From a virus: a stretch of DNA of 64,000 nucleotides. Below the pieces are notes generated by a model. The model saw only the letters and a list, made by a program, of their open reading frames with translations, was not told the DNA's origin and made no database searches. Positions 1-9,547 of the stretch are shown here, one piece after another. The position numbers were made by a program, and so were the translations under genes. The number at the start of each line of letters is the position of its first letter. The first letter of the stretch is position 1. Where the stretch lies: IMG/VR virus record IMGVR_UViG_3300044646_003076, one strand, 5' to 3'.

Positions 1-330
1 GAAGCATATGTTTATAAGATGTTTGAGCGAGCAGTTGATGAGGAAAAACGATGGGCTTCTTATCTCTTTAAAGATGGTTCAATGTTAGGATTGAATGAAA
101 AATTACTACAAAATTATGTGGAATGGATTGCGAATAGAAGAATGAAAGCTATTAGTCTGAAACCAATTTATGATGTATCAGCTAATAATAATCCACTTCC
201 TTGGACAGAAGATTGGTTAAATTCAAAGAATACCCAAAACCCACCACAAGAAGAGCCGAACGAATCTTATATCGTTGGTGGTGTTAAACAAGATATCTCA
301 TCAACTACATTCTCTGACTTCAAACTCTAA
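1..330 (+). CDS. nrdB: Ribonucleotide reductase class Ia beta subunit, C-terminal part (5' end outside window)
   Basis: Frame open from base 1; YVEWIANRRMKAI...NPLPW...PQE..ESYIVGGVKQD is the typical R2 C-terminus. Confidence 0.95.
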   Translation, partial: EAYVYKMFERAVDEEKRWASYLFKDGSMLGLNEKLLQNYVEWIANRRMKAISLKPIYDVSANNNPLPWTEDWLNSKNTQNPPQEEPNESYIVGGVKQDISSTTFSDFKL

Positions 331-342
331 TACCTCTTTTTC

Positions 343-348
343 TAAATA
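343..348 (+). promoter_or_regulatory. T4-like late promoter TAAATA
   Basis: CTAAATA 26 nt upstream of the ATG at 374. Confidence 0.6.
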
Positions 349-373
349 ATACAGACGTAAAAACAGTTTAACA

Positions 374-1600
374 ATGTCATATTATCTTTCGGAAGCCTAT
401 TCAGATCTTTATAATCCTAGAGTAGATTCAAACTTTGACGATAATCTTCGTTTTATTGACTCTATGTTGGATGAAGATATTGAAGAAGTTGTGGAATCAC
501 TTGTATGGGAAATCTGTGATTATGGTAATAATCTAGATGAATCATTCAATATTCTTTCATTAGCTGCTTCCGATAAGATTATCACTGAGGCTTACGAAGA
601 ACTTGCTGGTGAATATCTTACTGAGTCCAGAAGTGAGGTTATGGCTCGTAGAGCGATGGCTAAACAGGGTCTAGAACGGGAGAAAGGTAGACTTCAAAGT
701 GATCTTCGTAAAGATGCACGTAGAGCCAGAGTTGATGGTGCGATTTCTAGAGTTAAATCTGCTATTGCTGGTGCTCGTGGTGGAATGGGTAGAGCTGCTA
801 AAAATTTAGGTGGTGCTATTGCAAAAGCACGCACTGATGGTAAGGCTCGTTTAGGACAACTTCTTCGTCGGGGAGTCAAGTCAACTGGTAGACTTTTAGG
901 CTCTGCTGGTAAAGCTGTTCAATCCGCTGGTCAAAAATCTTCCGCTTCTGGTTTAGCTACTCGTAGAGCGGGTAAAGTGGAAAAAGGCGGTCAAATGTCC
1001 CTGGTGCTAGAACCCTCCACTAAAGAAAAAACTGGTGGAGCATTATCTAAAATTGGTCGCGGAATGCGCAAGGCGGGAGTAGCTGTTGGTAGATTGACTA
1101 AATCAAAATCATCTAGTATGACTAGAAGTGATTATGATAAGCGTAAATCTGAAAGAGAATCTGTCGCTAGAGAGAAAGTTGGTAAAGCTTTTGCTCCTAA
1201 TGGTATGAAAAAACCACCTCTTCCTCCTCGCCCAGAAACCAAAAAACCAGTTGCATCTCTACCTCCCGCTGGTGGAACTAAAGGACGGGAGATGTCTCCC
1301 CGTCGTAAAGAAGCATTAGAAAAAATCCAAAAAGCTGCTGTAGGTAAAACCGAAAAGGGTCGTAGATTCTCTGCTCCTGGTGGAATTGCTTCTACAAAAA
1401 GAGCCCACACTGATATTCAAGGTCAAGCTGGTAGATTCGCTCGTAAAGCACTTAAGGAATACGAAGAAATTCTAGATTCTATTCTTGATAGTCTAGTAGA
1501 AGAAAAATATGCAGTAGATCATGATAGTGCTCTTAATATTTTCTTGAATCTTTCAGAAGATATGGTATATGATCTAACTGAAGAGTTTCTTGTTGATTGA
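374..1600 (+). CDS. Hypothetical protein, acidic termini with a K/R/A/G-rich basic core; possible internal head protein
   Basis: 408-aa ORF behind a late promoter; several L/I-x-E sites near the N-terminus. Confidence 0.55.
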   Translation: MSYYLSEAYSDLYNPRVDSNFDDNLRFIDSMLDEDIEEVVESLVWEICDYGNNLDESFNILSLAASDKIITEAYEELAGEYLTESRSEVMARRAMAKQGLEREKGRLQSDLRKDARRARVDGAISRVKSAIAGARGGMGRAAKNLGGAIAKARTDGKARLGQLLRRGVKSTGRLLGSAGKAVQSAGQKSSASGLATRRAGKVEKGGQMSLVLEPSTKEKTGGALSKIGRGMRKAGVAVGRLTKSKSSSMTRSDYDKRKSERESVAREKVGKAFAPNGMKKPPLPPRPETKKPVASLPPAGGTKGREMSPRRKEALEKIQKAAVGKTEKGRRFSAPGGIASTKRAHTDIQGQAGRFARKALKEYEEILDSILDSLVEEKYAVDHDSALNIFLNLSEDMVYDLTEEFLVD

Positions 1601-1622
1601 TAATAAGTAATACAATCTAAAT

Positions 1623-1648
1623 AAGAGAGCCAATCATAGGCTCTTTTT
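1623..1648 (+). terminator. Rho-independent terminator
   Basis: AAGAGAGCC-aatcata-GGCTCTTTTT hairpin followed by a T run. Confidence 0.75.
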
Positions 1649-1654
1649 AATGAC

Positions 1655-1807
1655 ATGGTAGAACTTACCGATCTATATTCCTTTAAGGCTAAGGTGTATA
1701 AACTCAAATTAAAACTCAGTGTTGATAAGGGTTCTGAGGAACAAAAATCCCTTGCAGACCAATATCTCAATGAGGTACTTTTTCTACTAGAAGAGTTGAA
1801 GATTTGA
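1655..1807 (+). CDS. Small hypothetical protein (50 aa, not in ORF track)
   Basis: Hand translation MVELTDLYSFKAKVYKLKL...ADQYLNEVLFLLEELKI; resembles small cyanophage ORFs. Confidence 0.55.
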   Translation: MVELTDLYSFKAKVYKLKLKLSVDKGSEEQKSLADQYLNEVLFLLEELKI

Positions 1808-2213
1808 CAATACTGTAAATATTATCTTTTTCTGAACTAAAGAATTTTCCTTCAACATTAGTGTTATAATAATCTTCTCTCAATATTACATTTCTTTTAA
1901 ATTGTTCGTATGTCTCATAATAGGACATACTTTTTTTATGAGGACAAAGATAAAGAATGGTTCTTTTAAAGTTCTGTTTACCTAGTTCTTTTACGTCTTT
2001 AATTAGTTCATCACAAGAACCGTAATAATTTCTCCAACCGCTTTCTTTTTTTCTCCGTCTTCCAGTCTTGGGATCTTTACGTCTCTCCCAGAAGTTCTTT
2101 TTTCCGATATATTTTTTATTATTGGTGTTATTTTCTATGAGATAAACAAATCCTTCCATTCCTTCTGGAACTTCATCCAATTCTTGTTCGTTAAAAAGCC
2201 AGTCCAATTCCAA
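1767..2213 (-). CDS. GIY-YIG family endonuclease, free-standing
   Basis: GFVYLIEN...KKYIGKK bipartite motif, conserved Arg/Glu region and YYN near the C-terminus. Confidence 0.85.
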   Translation of the reverse strand: MELDWLFNEQELDEVPEGMEGFVYLIENNTNNKKYIGKKNFWERRKDPKTGRRRKKESGWRNYYGSCDELIKDVKELGKQNFKRTILYLCPHKKSMSYYETYEQFKRNVILREDYYNTNVEGKFFSSEKDNIYSIVKSSTLLVEKVPH

Positions 2214-2223
2214 AAGTGTCCTA

Positions 2224-2252
2224 TTGACAACGTAGACTATTTATGCTATAGT
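2224..2252 (+). promoter_or_regulatory. Sigma70-type early promoter
   Basis: TTGACA-17 nt-TATAGT with extended -10 TG. Confidence 0.75.
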
Positions 2253-2274
2253 GAGACAGATAAACAAAAAAACA

Positions 2275-2448
2275 ATGAACAAAGAACAGATTATTGAAGA
2301 TCTTGTAGATTGGTGTCTTGATAGAACTGAAGAATTAACCGATGAAGATGATGAACTCTCCCTATTGCAGGAGTTTGATGAGTGGATTTGTTATAAAAAT
2401 GGTGAGATTGCAACTTCCGATTTCATGTACTTGGAGTGTTTAATCTAA
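2275..2448 (+). CDS. Hypothetical protein
   Basis: Acidic ORF downstream of the promoter; ATG at 2275 preferred to GTG at 2251. Confidence 0.55.
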   Translation: MNKEQIIEDLVDWCLDRTEELTDEDDELSLLQEFDEWICYKNGEIATSDFMYLECLI

Positions 2449-2457
2449 ATATCTAGA

Positions 2458-3741
2458 GTGTCTTCTAGTTGTGTGATGGAAATAGAATTACTTAACTTTT
2501 TTAAATTTTTTGATGAGAAAAATCCAAATCATTTAAAAGCTGTTAGTGAATTTGCTACAGCTTTATCTAAAAAAGCTCCAGATGAACTTACCAATAAATC
2601 TGGTTGGGTTATTACTTATCGTACACCAGTAATAAAAGCTCAACCTAAAAGAGTAGTTCCTTGGTATCCACAAACCGATAATTATACACAAGCAGATAGA
2701 ACTTGTAATAGTTCTTCTTGTGCGATGTGTCTAGAATATTATTTACCCGGCTCACTGCCATCGGGACCAAAAGGCGATGATGCATATCTTAAGAAAGTTT
2801 TATCATTAGGTGATAGTACAGATCATAATGTTCAGACCAGAGCATTGACATCTTATGGTTTAAATTCAACCTGGTTGAAAAATCTGACTTTTGAACAGTT
2901 AGACGAACATTTAGAAACCGTTGGTCCTATTGTAGCCGGTATTTTACATCGCGGACCAAATGATAATCCTACTAGAAATGGTGGTCATATGATCGTCATT
3001 CACACTAAATTGCCCAATGGTAATTATATCTGTAACGATCCATACGGTAGCTATAATAATGGATACACTACTTCTGTTGAAGCAGGAAAAAATGTTGTTT
3101 ATGATCGCAAAGTATTAGCAAAACGTTGGACTGCTGATGGTCCAAATACTGGTTGGGGGCGGATATTTTATCCAAAAAAGCCACAACAATCTGAGATGAA
3201 TTCTAATGCTTCTCATATTGTAAGTAAAACACAACTTGCTCGTATTTGGAATTGTGGTGAATCTCTTATAGATGATTCAGAAGTAGTAGAACTAAATCGT
3301 TGTCTTGAACAATTTGAAATAACTACTCCAGTGAGACTAAGACATTTTCTTTCACAGATTTCTCATGAATCTGGTGGAGGTCGTTATAAAAGAGAGTTAG
3401 CTAGTGGTGATGCATATGAAGGAAGAAAAGATCTCGGTAATACTCAACCTGGCGACGGTAGAAAATACAAAGGAGCTGGATATATCCAATTAACAGGTAG
3501 AGCTAACTATCAAGCTTTTGCGAACTTTATGAAGGATCCAAAGGTCATGGAAGGAGTTGATTATGTTGCTGAAAATTATCCATTTACATCGGCTGGTTTT
3601 TGGTGGTCTAATAATAAGATGAATCAGTTGTGTGATAAAAATCCAACCGTTGAACAAGTAACATTACGAGTCAATGGTGGCTATAATGGACTATCCGATC
3701 GCAAAAAATATTATTCTCGTTGTCTAGAAATAATTCGCTAG
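2458..3741 (+). CDS. Modular lysin: C39-like cysteine peptidase domain plus C-terminal GH19 (chitinase/lysozyme-fold) domain
   Basis: [20 protein letters not shown] (C39-like); [33 protein letters not shown] (GH19); TAAATA at 2446. Confidence 0.88.
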   Translation: MSSSCVMEIELLNFFKFFDEKNPNHLKAVSEFATALSKKAPDELTNKSGWVITYRTPVIKAQPKRVVPWYPQTDNYTQADRTCNSSSCAMCLEYYLPGSLPSGPKGDDAYLKKVLSLGDSTDHNVQTRALTSYGLNSTWLKNLTFEQLDEHLETVGPIVAGILHRGPNDNPTRNGGHMIVIHTKLPNGNYICNDPYGSYNNGYTTSVEAGKNVVYDRKVLAKRWTADGPNTGWGRIFYPKKPQQSEMNSNASHIVSKTQLARIWNCGESLIDDSEVVELNRCLEQFEITTPVRLRHFLSQISHESGGGRYKRELASGDAYEGRKDLGNTQPGDGRKYKGAGYIQLTGRANYQAFANFMKDPKVMEGVDYVAENYPFTSAGFWWSNNKMNQLCDKNPTVEQVTLRVNGGYNGLSDRKKYYSRCLEIIR

Positions 3742-3743
3742 AA

Positions 3744-3751
3744 TATAAATA
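3744..3751 (+). promoter_or_regulatory. T4 late promoter TATAAATA
   Basis: Perfect T4 consensus upstream of the structural genes at 3779 and 4120. Confidence 0.75.
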
Positions 3752-3778
3752 GAATAAGGTGTTGTAGATTTTATTGCA

Positions 3779-4117
3779 GTGTACGAAATCAACTCTTTAC
3801 AAATTGATAAGGGTGCTGATTTTGATGAGACCTTTAAAATTTATAATGAAGACGGAACTGTTTTAGAATTAAATTCTAGTTTTGATGGAAAATCTAAAAT
3901 TAGTAAATATCCAACTTCTCCTATATCTTTTCCCTTTAATGTCTTATTAGATACCGAAAATAACGAAGTCAACATTTCTATGGCAGCGACAGTAACTGAC
4001 ACTTTACCGTTTTCCAATAGATGTTATTTTGATGTCGTTTTAACTTATGGTTATGTAACACCAAAGACGAAAAAAGTTCTGAGAGGAACTATATTAGTTA
4101 ACGATACGGTATCCTAG
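3779..4117 (+). CDS. Virion structural protein (tail-fibre-associated beta domain)
   Basis: IDKGADFDETF...YFDVVLT...KVLRGTILV pattern precedes fibre genes in cyanomyoviruses. Confidence 0.6.
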   Translation: MYEINSLQIDKGADFDETFKIYNEDGTVLELNSSFDGKSKISKYPTSPISFPFNVLLDTENNEVNISMAATVTDTLPFSNRCYFDVVLTYGYVTPKTKKVLRGTILVNDTVS

Positions 4118-4119
4118 AT

Positions 4120-6507
4120 ATGAGCGGGTATAAAGTAGTTCAGTTAGGAACAGTAACACCGAGAAAGTTTGATCAACTTCTAGATGTCAATATGACAGGA
4201 GTTGAGGATGGCAATCTTGTTGCTTATGCTGCATCAACTAAAACTTTTGTTCCTTATGTGGGAAGTGGTGATATTCCACCTAACCTTACTATTTCAAATA
4301 TCAACGTTTCTGGAGTCTCCACATTTGGTGGTGTCACAATCAGTAACGGTATCATAACATCTAGTAATCCTGGATTTTCTAGTGTTGTTTATTATGGGGA
4401 TGGAAGTAAGCTTACTGGAATCGTTGGTATCTCTAGTTATGTTCCCACTGCTGGTTTTGCTACTGTTTCTGGAATTTCTAGTTATTCTAATATATCAGGG
4501 TATTCAACAAGCTCTGGAATTTCTTCTTATTCTAATATATCAGGATATTCAACGTTTTCTGGAATATCTTCTTATTCAGCAACATCTGGAATAGCAACTT
4601 ATTCTACTTCTTCTGGTTTCTCAACATATTCTAATATATCAGGGTATTCAACAACATCTGGAATAGCGACATATTCTAATGTTTCTGGAATTGCGACCTT
4701 TGCATCTACTTCTGGATATTCAACATCTTCTGGTATCTCATCATATTCTAATACTTCTGGTGTAGCTAATACCTCTTATAATATTTCAGGTGGTCAATCT
4801 GGAAATCTTATATACCAAGTTTCACCCGGAATATCTTCCTTTTTACCTAACGGTGTATTTGGTCAGGTTTTAGGTTTTAATGATGGCTATCCGGTTTGGC
4901 AAAATATATCTGCAGTTTCTGGTGGAACTGGCATCAGTGTCTACGATGAGGATGTTCTTGTAGGAACAGGTGGAAGTATTTCGGCCTTGAATTTTACTGG
5001 AACTAATGTTAGTGCGATAGTGTCACCAGTAACAGGTGGGATTTCCACTATAAAAATAAATGACAATCTTGTTGGTATATCTTTATCCATATCAGGCATA
5101 TCAACTTTTAATAGTTCTGTTAGTGTAGGTGGAAGCTTTACTGCAGTTGAATTTTATGGATCGGGTAAATCCCTTACTGGAGTTTTAACAGAATCAAGAG
5201 GTCTTAGGATTTTTGATGAAGGTAACATAGTAGGTAGTGGATATAGTTTCACTAATTTAAATTTTGTTGGAGATAATGTTACTGTTTCTGGAATAGGAAC
5301 GACTGCGACCGTTACGATAAATTCTGGTGTAGTAGGATACTCCTCTATATCAGGAATTTCATCCTATGCCACAATATCGGGGTATTCTACTTTTTCTGGT
5401 GTATCAACATTTTCGAATGTTTCTGACATCGCTACATATGCGACTAATAGTGGCTTCTCCACCGGATCAGGAATTTCTTCATATGCTATTATTTCTGGAT
5501 TATCTACATACTCCACTTTTTCCGGAATAGCAACATATTCAACTAATTCTGGTTACTCAACATCATCTGGTATTGCCACCTTTGCTAATGTTGCTGGTTA
5601 TTCAACATCATCTGGTATTGCCACCTTTGCTGCGGTATCAGGCTTAACAACCTTCGCTAATGTTTCTGGTTACTCAACATCATCTGGTATTGCTACCTTT
5701 GCTAATGTCGCTGGAATAGCATCGTTTGTTGCCCCTGGCGGCACCAGTGGTCAGGGGCAATATAACCTGTCTGGCATACTCACTGGCGCCGCCGGGTTGA
5801 CATTTGACGGCAGCGGAAACATCGATCTGGGAGAGTTCACTGGTCGGCTGCGGATTCCACTTTCGGTGAGTGGTTCGGCCGCTGCGGGCCATGTTTATCT
5901 GGACAGCGGCGATGGCTTCGTGCGTTTTCGTGATGGCGGGAATACAGAACGGCGGCCGATGATTGCGGATCGGTTTAATCCGGGGTACGCGACCGGTGCA
6001 TGGATTGGGCCACCGCTGAATGCGGCGCCATCTACAGCAACTGCGGCATTGCAATTTTTAAGATTTCCTTGGAGCACCTATATTGCGGAGCCGAGAACAT
6101 TTCAGATTGCCGTCAGGACGGCATCAACGTTTACGGGGTCAACAACTTTCAGGCTCTGCGTATTTAGCAATGCTAACGCTAGGCCGCTTGCCGTAGTGTT
6201 TGATAGTGGCGACATAACTGCAACCGCAGCATCCACCAACTACGTCAGTTCCAGTACAGTAACCCTGCAGCCTGGTTTTTATCATTTTGGATTCCTAGCA
6301 ACTGCGATTTCCGGCACAGCAGCATTTCAGGGCACGGGCGCGAACGTGCGATCGGCGGGCACTAACTACGGTGAATTTAGCAGTACCACAACCGTAGTAA
6401 ACACAACTTCATTAGCTTCTCAGACATCGATACCAGCGACGATAGATCCAGCCACGCTGACCACTACCAACCAGGGTTATATTATTCCATTTCTAATCCC
6501 GCAATGA
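4120..6507 (+). CDS. Tail fibre / receptor-binding protein
   Basis: G/S/T-rich 795 aa; many 9-aa SGIATYSTS-type repeats; two YDE..VG...LNF.G modules; distinct C-terminal tip. Confidence 0.85.
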   Translation: MSGYKVVQLGTVTPRKFDQLLDVNMTGVEDGNLVAYAASTKTFVPYVGSGDIPPNLTISNINVSGVSTFGGVTISNGIITSSNPGFSSVVYYGDGSKLTGIVGISSYVPTAGFATVSGISSYSNISGYSTSSGISSYSNISGYSTFSGISSYSATSGIATYSTSSGFSTYSNISGYSTTSGIATYSNVSGIATFASTSGYSTSSGISSYSNTSGVANTSYNISGGQSGNLIYQVSPGISSFLPNGVFGQVLGFNDGYPVWQNISAVSGGTGISVYDEDVLVGTGGSISALNFTGTNVSAIVSPVTGGISTIKINDNLVGISLSISGISTFNSSVSVGGSFTAVEFYGSGKSLTGVLTESRGLRIFDEGNIVGSGYSFTNLNFVGDNVTVSGIGTTATVTINSGVVGYSSISGISSYATISGYSTFSGVSTFSNVSDIATYATNSGFSTGSGISSYAIISGLSTYSTFSGIATYSTNSGYSTSSGIATFANVAGYSTSSGIATFAAVSGLTTFANVSGYSTSSGIATFANVAGIASFVAPGGTSGQGQYNLSGILTGAAGLTFDGSGNIDLGEFTGRLRIPLSVSGSAAAGHVYLDSGDGFVRFRDGGNTERRPMIADRFNPGYATGAWIGPPLNAAPSTATAALQFLRFPWSTYIAEPRTFQIAVRTASTFTGSTTFRLCVFSNANARPLAVVFDSGDITATAASTNYVSSSTVTLQPGFYHFGFLATAISGTAAFQGTGANVRSAGTNYGEFSSTTTVVNTTSLASQTSIPATIDPATLTTTNQGYIIPFLIPQ
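4430..4780 (+). repeat. In-frame 27-nt/9-aa repeats, block 1 of the tail fibre
   Basis: SGISSYSNI/SGYSTSSGI repeated. Confidence 0.8.
5330..5730 (+). repeat. In-frame 27/54-nt repeats, block 2 of the tail fibre
   Basis: ggttactcaacatcatctggtattgccacctttgct recurs near-identically three times. Confidence 0.8.
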
Positions 6508-6872
6508 CCACTATTCCAAACAAGACTTTCTATTTTCAAGATGGCCAGCTGGTCGCCGAGACTACAGAGATGGTTCCGGCGCCTCCTAACTGGGAGAGGT
6601 TTATTGAGAAGATGATGGGTAGTGAGCTTGCAAATGCATTACATCACGAGGCGATGAAGATTCCTGGTGTATCGCTAGCAGCGTCAAGTTTGCCGGGTGA
6701 AATTCTCAATGTCTCAAAAGGAGGAGATACATCTTTGTTGAGACGGGCATGGCTACTGCTTTTATCCACTGGTGTTCTACCTCAGGTTTTCCTTGAGTCA
6801 GTGTTGCAGGAGGCGGTTGACTCCAATTTACCACAACATGTAGTAGAAGCCCTACAGCCTCCTAGTTCGTAA
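6504..6872 (+). CDS. Putative tail-fibre assembly/chaperone protein
   Basis: ATGA-coupled to the fibre gene; same elevated GC as the fibre tip. Confidence 0.5.
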   Translation: MTTIPNKTFYFQDGQLVAETTEMVPAPPNWERFIEKMMGSELANALHHEAMKIPGVSLAASSLPGEILNVSKGGDTSLLRRAWLLLLSTGVLPQVFLESVLQEAVDSNLPQHVVEALQPPSS

Positions 6873-6907
6873 TTATATGTTTATCGCTCTGTATTCTGAC
6901 CGAATAA

Positions 6908-7144
6908 TCAATCTTCCATTTTAGTCTTAAGAGCAATAATGGTATTCAATAACAAGAATAACGCATCATAAGCCCTTTTGTCCGATTCACTACATTTTTC
7001 ATCTAATGGTTTTTTGATGTTACCATACAAAGAATTACCATAAAGAGAAAATGGTAATGAGAAATTGCAGTTAATAAAATTTATTCCAATAATACATATA
7101 AATGCACAACAAATGATAAAGATTAGATTGTTAAGTTTAGGCAT
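6908..7144 (-). CDS. Hypothetical membrane protein
   Basis: N-terminal hydrophobic segment. Confidence 0.55.
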   Translation of the reverse strand: MPKLNNLIFIICCAFICIIGINFINCNFSLPFSLYGNSLYGNIKKPLDEKCSESDKRAYDALFLLLNTIIALKTKMED

Positions 7145-7346
7145 CTGATTTCTCTTTTATATGTTCTTGTCTATGAATCCAAGATTTCAAATCGTTTACA
7201 TAACATCTTAAAATTTTTGATTGTTCATTATGAAATTCGTCGCCTGATTGGAGATATAATTTGGTGTGTTGATCTATCGCTTTTATGATAACATGGATCT
7301 TATCATTCCAGGGATCTCTAGTGTTATTACTCCATTCTCTCGGCAT
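7137..7346 (-). CDS. Hypothetical protein
   Basis: Overlaps the next minus-strand gene; cyanophage-like PREW...PWN...IDQHT pattern. Confidence 0.6.
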   Translation of the reverse strand: MPREWSNNTRDPWNDKIHVIIKAIDQHTKLYLQSGDEFHNEQSKILRCYVNDLKSWIHRQEHIKEKSDA

Positions 7347-7365
7347 TTTATAATTATTTAGGAAT

Positions 7366-7423
7366 GGGACGGCGAAGAAACTGGCACATCAGCTACCTGT
7401 TTGACGGGTTGTCGTGTTATGGT
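7366..7423 (+). promoter_or_regulatory. Dyad element plus extended -10 promoter
   Basis: GGGAC-N8-AACTGGCAC then TGTTATGGT. Confidence 0.5.
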
Positions 7424-7445
7424 TGTTTTGTCCGTAGAAGAATCC

Positions 7446-7637
7446 ATGTCACCAGAAAGCGAAAAATTTTTATTCATATTAGATAAACTTAAAAGCGAGT
7501 TCGGATTCAATGTATCCGAAAGTTTACGCAAAGGAGTAAATCTTCTGTTTGTGGCGAAAAGACAAGAACAGCAAGGGCTCCGGGTTGCTTTTATTGACGA
7601 TAGTAATAATATTGTGATGGAGATTCAATCACTATGA
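7446..7637 (+). CDS. Ribbon-helix-helix (CopG-like) protein
   Basis: LDKLKSEFGFNVSESLRKGVNL helix pair plus G.RVAFID....VMEI tail; similar to 18872. Confidence 0.55.
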   Translation: MSPESEKFLFILDKLKSEFGFNVSESLRKGVNLLFVAKRQEQQGLRVAFIDDSNNIVMEIQSL

Positions 7638-7693
7638 CATTAGAAACGGATCTGTGTAATTTTGTTCATCCGACTCAATAATCAATTATTAAA

Positions 7694-8023
7694 ATGACAC
7701 ATCTAAATTATCTTTTCACACATTGTATTCCCACAGGAATCCATAACATCAGATACGCATTCATTTTATGGATTAAACTTCTTCAGGGTGATTATTCAGA
7801 CTATCAGATTTATAATAGGCATTATGAGATGTATAATGAACAAGAACTTTTTGAAATGCTTAGAGCTGATTTTTGGGATCGGCTAGAAGATGATGTGTTA
7901 GATAAAGTTTTTTTTGAATATCTTATCAAAATTAATAATGATGCAATTTCTGGAAAGATTGAAACCACTCCATGGAACATTGATGATTTTCTAGAAGATT
8001 TATATGAGGATATTGAAGAATGA
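7694..8023 (+). CDS. Hypothetical protein
   Basis: Packed + strand ORF. Confidence 0.6.
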   Translation: MTHLNYLFTHCIPTGIHNIRYAFILWIKLLQGDYSDYQIYNRHYEMYNEQELFEMLRADFWDRLEDDVLDKVFFEYLIKINNDAISGKIETTPWNIDDFLEDLYEDIEE

Positions 8024-8358
8024 AGGATGAAATGTGTTATAAGACAGTTTTGAGTCCATCATACAAAGGGCGCACCACTTTCAGGCGAGTTTATTATCAC
8101 CCGAAGACAGGTTATCAGATTGCTGTTGTTACTCGATTTGGTATTTTGATGCCAGTGGACCGTTTTATGGGATATTGGAATCGTTATTGGGTATCTTTTC
8201 CTGCTGAAACTCCCAACGCTTTTACCTTTCGCGTGGTTAGTCTGAGGATCGCTGAGAGACACATTAGAAGAGAATATACTCCTTCTGGTAGATTGATGAA
8301 CCGGATTATTGTTACTATGGCAAACGCTCAAGAAAAACTGCCGAGATATTATTACTAA
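8020..8358 (+). CDS. Hypothetical protein
   Basis: ATGA overlap with the previous ORF. Confidence 0.6.
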   Translation: MKDEMCYKTVLSPSYKGRTTFRRVYYHPKTGYQIAVVTRFGILMPVDRFMGYWNRYWVSFPAETPNAFTFRVVSLRIAERHIRREYTPSGRLMNRIIVTMANAQEKLPRYYY

Positions 8359-8409
8359 CAATTTTTAAAATTTGAACACATTTTATCAACTTTTCATTGG
8401 AGACTTATT

Positions 8410-9450
8410 ATGAAAGACTTTGAACTACTTCTATCTAATGACTATGACCCGAGGCTACAGCAATCGTTTTCTACCTTCTGGATTCGTAACAACATTCCAT
8501 ATACTTCTCGGGTGATTATAGTTTGTTGTGATGAATCATGGAAATCAGAAATTTTAGAATTCTCAAAAAACATTGGAGAAAATATTATTATTATTACCAA
8601 TCATGGTGATATTTGGGAAGGCATCTACCCACATGTTACTGTCTATTCAAAACAATATAAATTTTATGTTCAAATTATTAAACAAGATAAGGTGTTACAA
8701 GTTAAAATTTTAGCGGAAAATGATGTATATGAGAATATTGTAAATGATCTCTTGGAAAAATTCAATATTCAACAGAAAGGTCTTACGGCACAATGGTTGA
8801 TGATGTCTGGTACTGGATTAACAACTAAATCTGTTGATATTGATATCAATAATGAAATTCATTCAGAAATGTATCCTTTTCTTCAGGAACGAAATACAAC
8901 TTTGGATGAATATTACGATGCCTTTAAAAATTCTTCTCCCAAAATTCTTCTGTTGATGGGTGAACGGGGTACAGGAAAAACAAGTTTTATTCGTGGATTA
9001 TTGAAGAGACATCGTTGGGATGCGATGATTTCGTATGATGAAAGAGTATTAACAGATGATTACACTCTTATTAGATTTTTAGAATCTTCTTCCGATTGTT
9101 TCGTAATTGAAGACTCTGATAATCTCATCTACAAAAGAGAACAAGGTAATAACTTCGTTCATAAGTTTCTCAATCTAGGAGATGGTCTTATTACAAAAAG
9201 TGGTAAAAAATTGATTTTGTCTACGAATATTACTTCTACCGATGAGATTGATTCCGCTCTTATTCGCCCAGGTAGATGTTTTGACGTTCTACAGTTCAAT
9301 AAGCTCACCCAGGATCAAGCAAGAAATTTGATTGAAACAAGAAATCTGGATATTACACCACCAGATAGAGATGTATCTATTGCAGAACTCTTCAATCAAC
9401 AACCGAAATTCTCTTCTGATAAACTAAAGAGAAGAGTGGGATTTCTTTGA
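8410..9450 (+). CDS. AAA+ ATPase
   Basis: Walker A GERGTGKT, Walker B CFVIEDSD, second region of homology IDSALIRPGRCFD. Confidence 0.88.
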   Translation: MKDFELLLSNDYDPRLQQSFSTFWIRNNIPYTSRVIIVCCDESWKSEILEFSKNIGENIIIITNHGDIWEGIYPHVTVYSKQYKFYVQIIKQDKVLQVKILAENDVYENIVNDLLEKFNIQQKGLTAQWLMMSGTGLTTKSVDIDINNEIHSEMYPFLQERNTTLDEYYDAFKNSSPKILLLMGERGTGKTSFIRGLLKRHRWDAMISYDERVLTDDYTLIRFLESSSDCFVIEDSDNLIYKREQGNNFVHKFLNLGDGLITKSGKKLILSTNITSTDEIDSALIRPGRCFDVLQFNKLTQDQARNLIETRNLDITPPDRDVSIAELFNQQPKFSSDKLKRRVGFL

Positions 9451-9462
9451 GGGGGGTCTTAT

Positions 9463-9520
9463 GTGTCAATAATCAAACTGGCACATAAGATATCCATTAT
9501 AAGAAAAAGTGTGCTAGAGT
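9463..9520 (+). promoter_or_regulatory. Dyad element plus extended -10 promoter
   Basis: GTGTCA-N7-AACTGGCAC then TGTGCTAGAGT. Confidence 0.55.
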
Positions 9521-9547
9521 AAAACCACTTCACAACAAGAACAAATA

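Noticed and set aside
694-1410. Minus-strand ORFs inside the 374-1600 gene
   Set aside because: Antisense shadows of GCT/GGT/AAA-rich codons
5680-6077. Minus-strand ORFs in the tail-fibre tip
   Set aside because: Expected by chance in the GC-rich segment; the + frame is continuous
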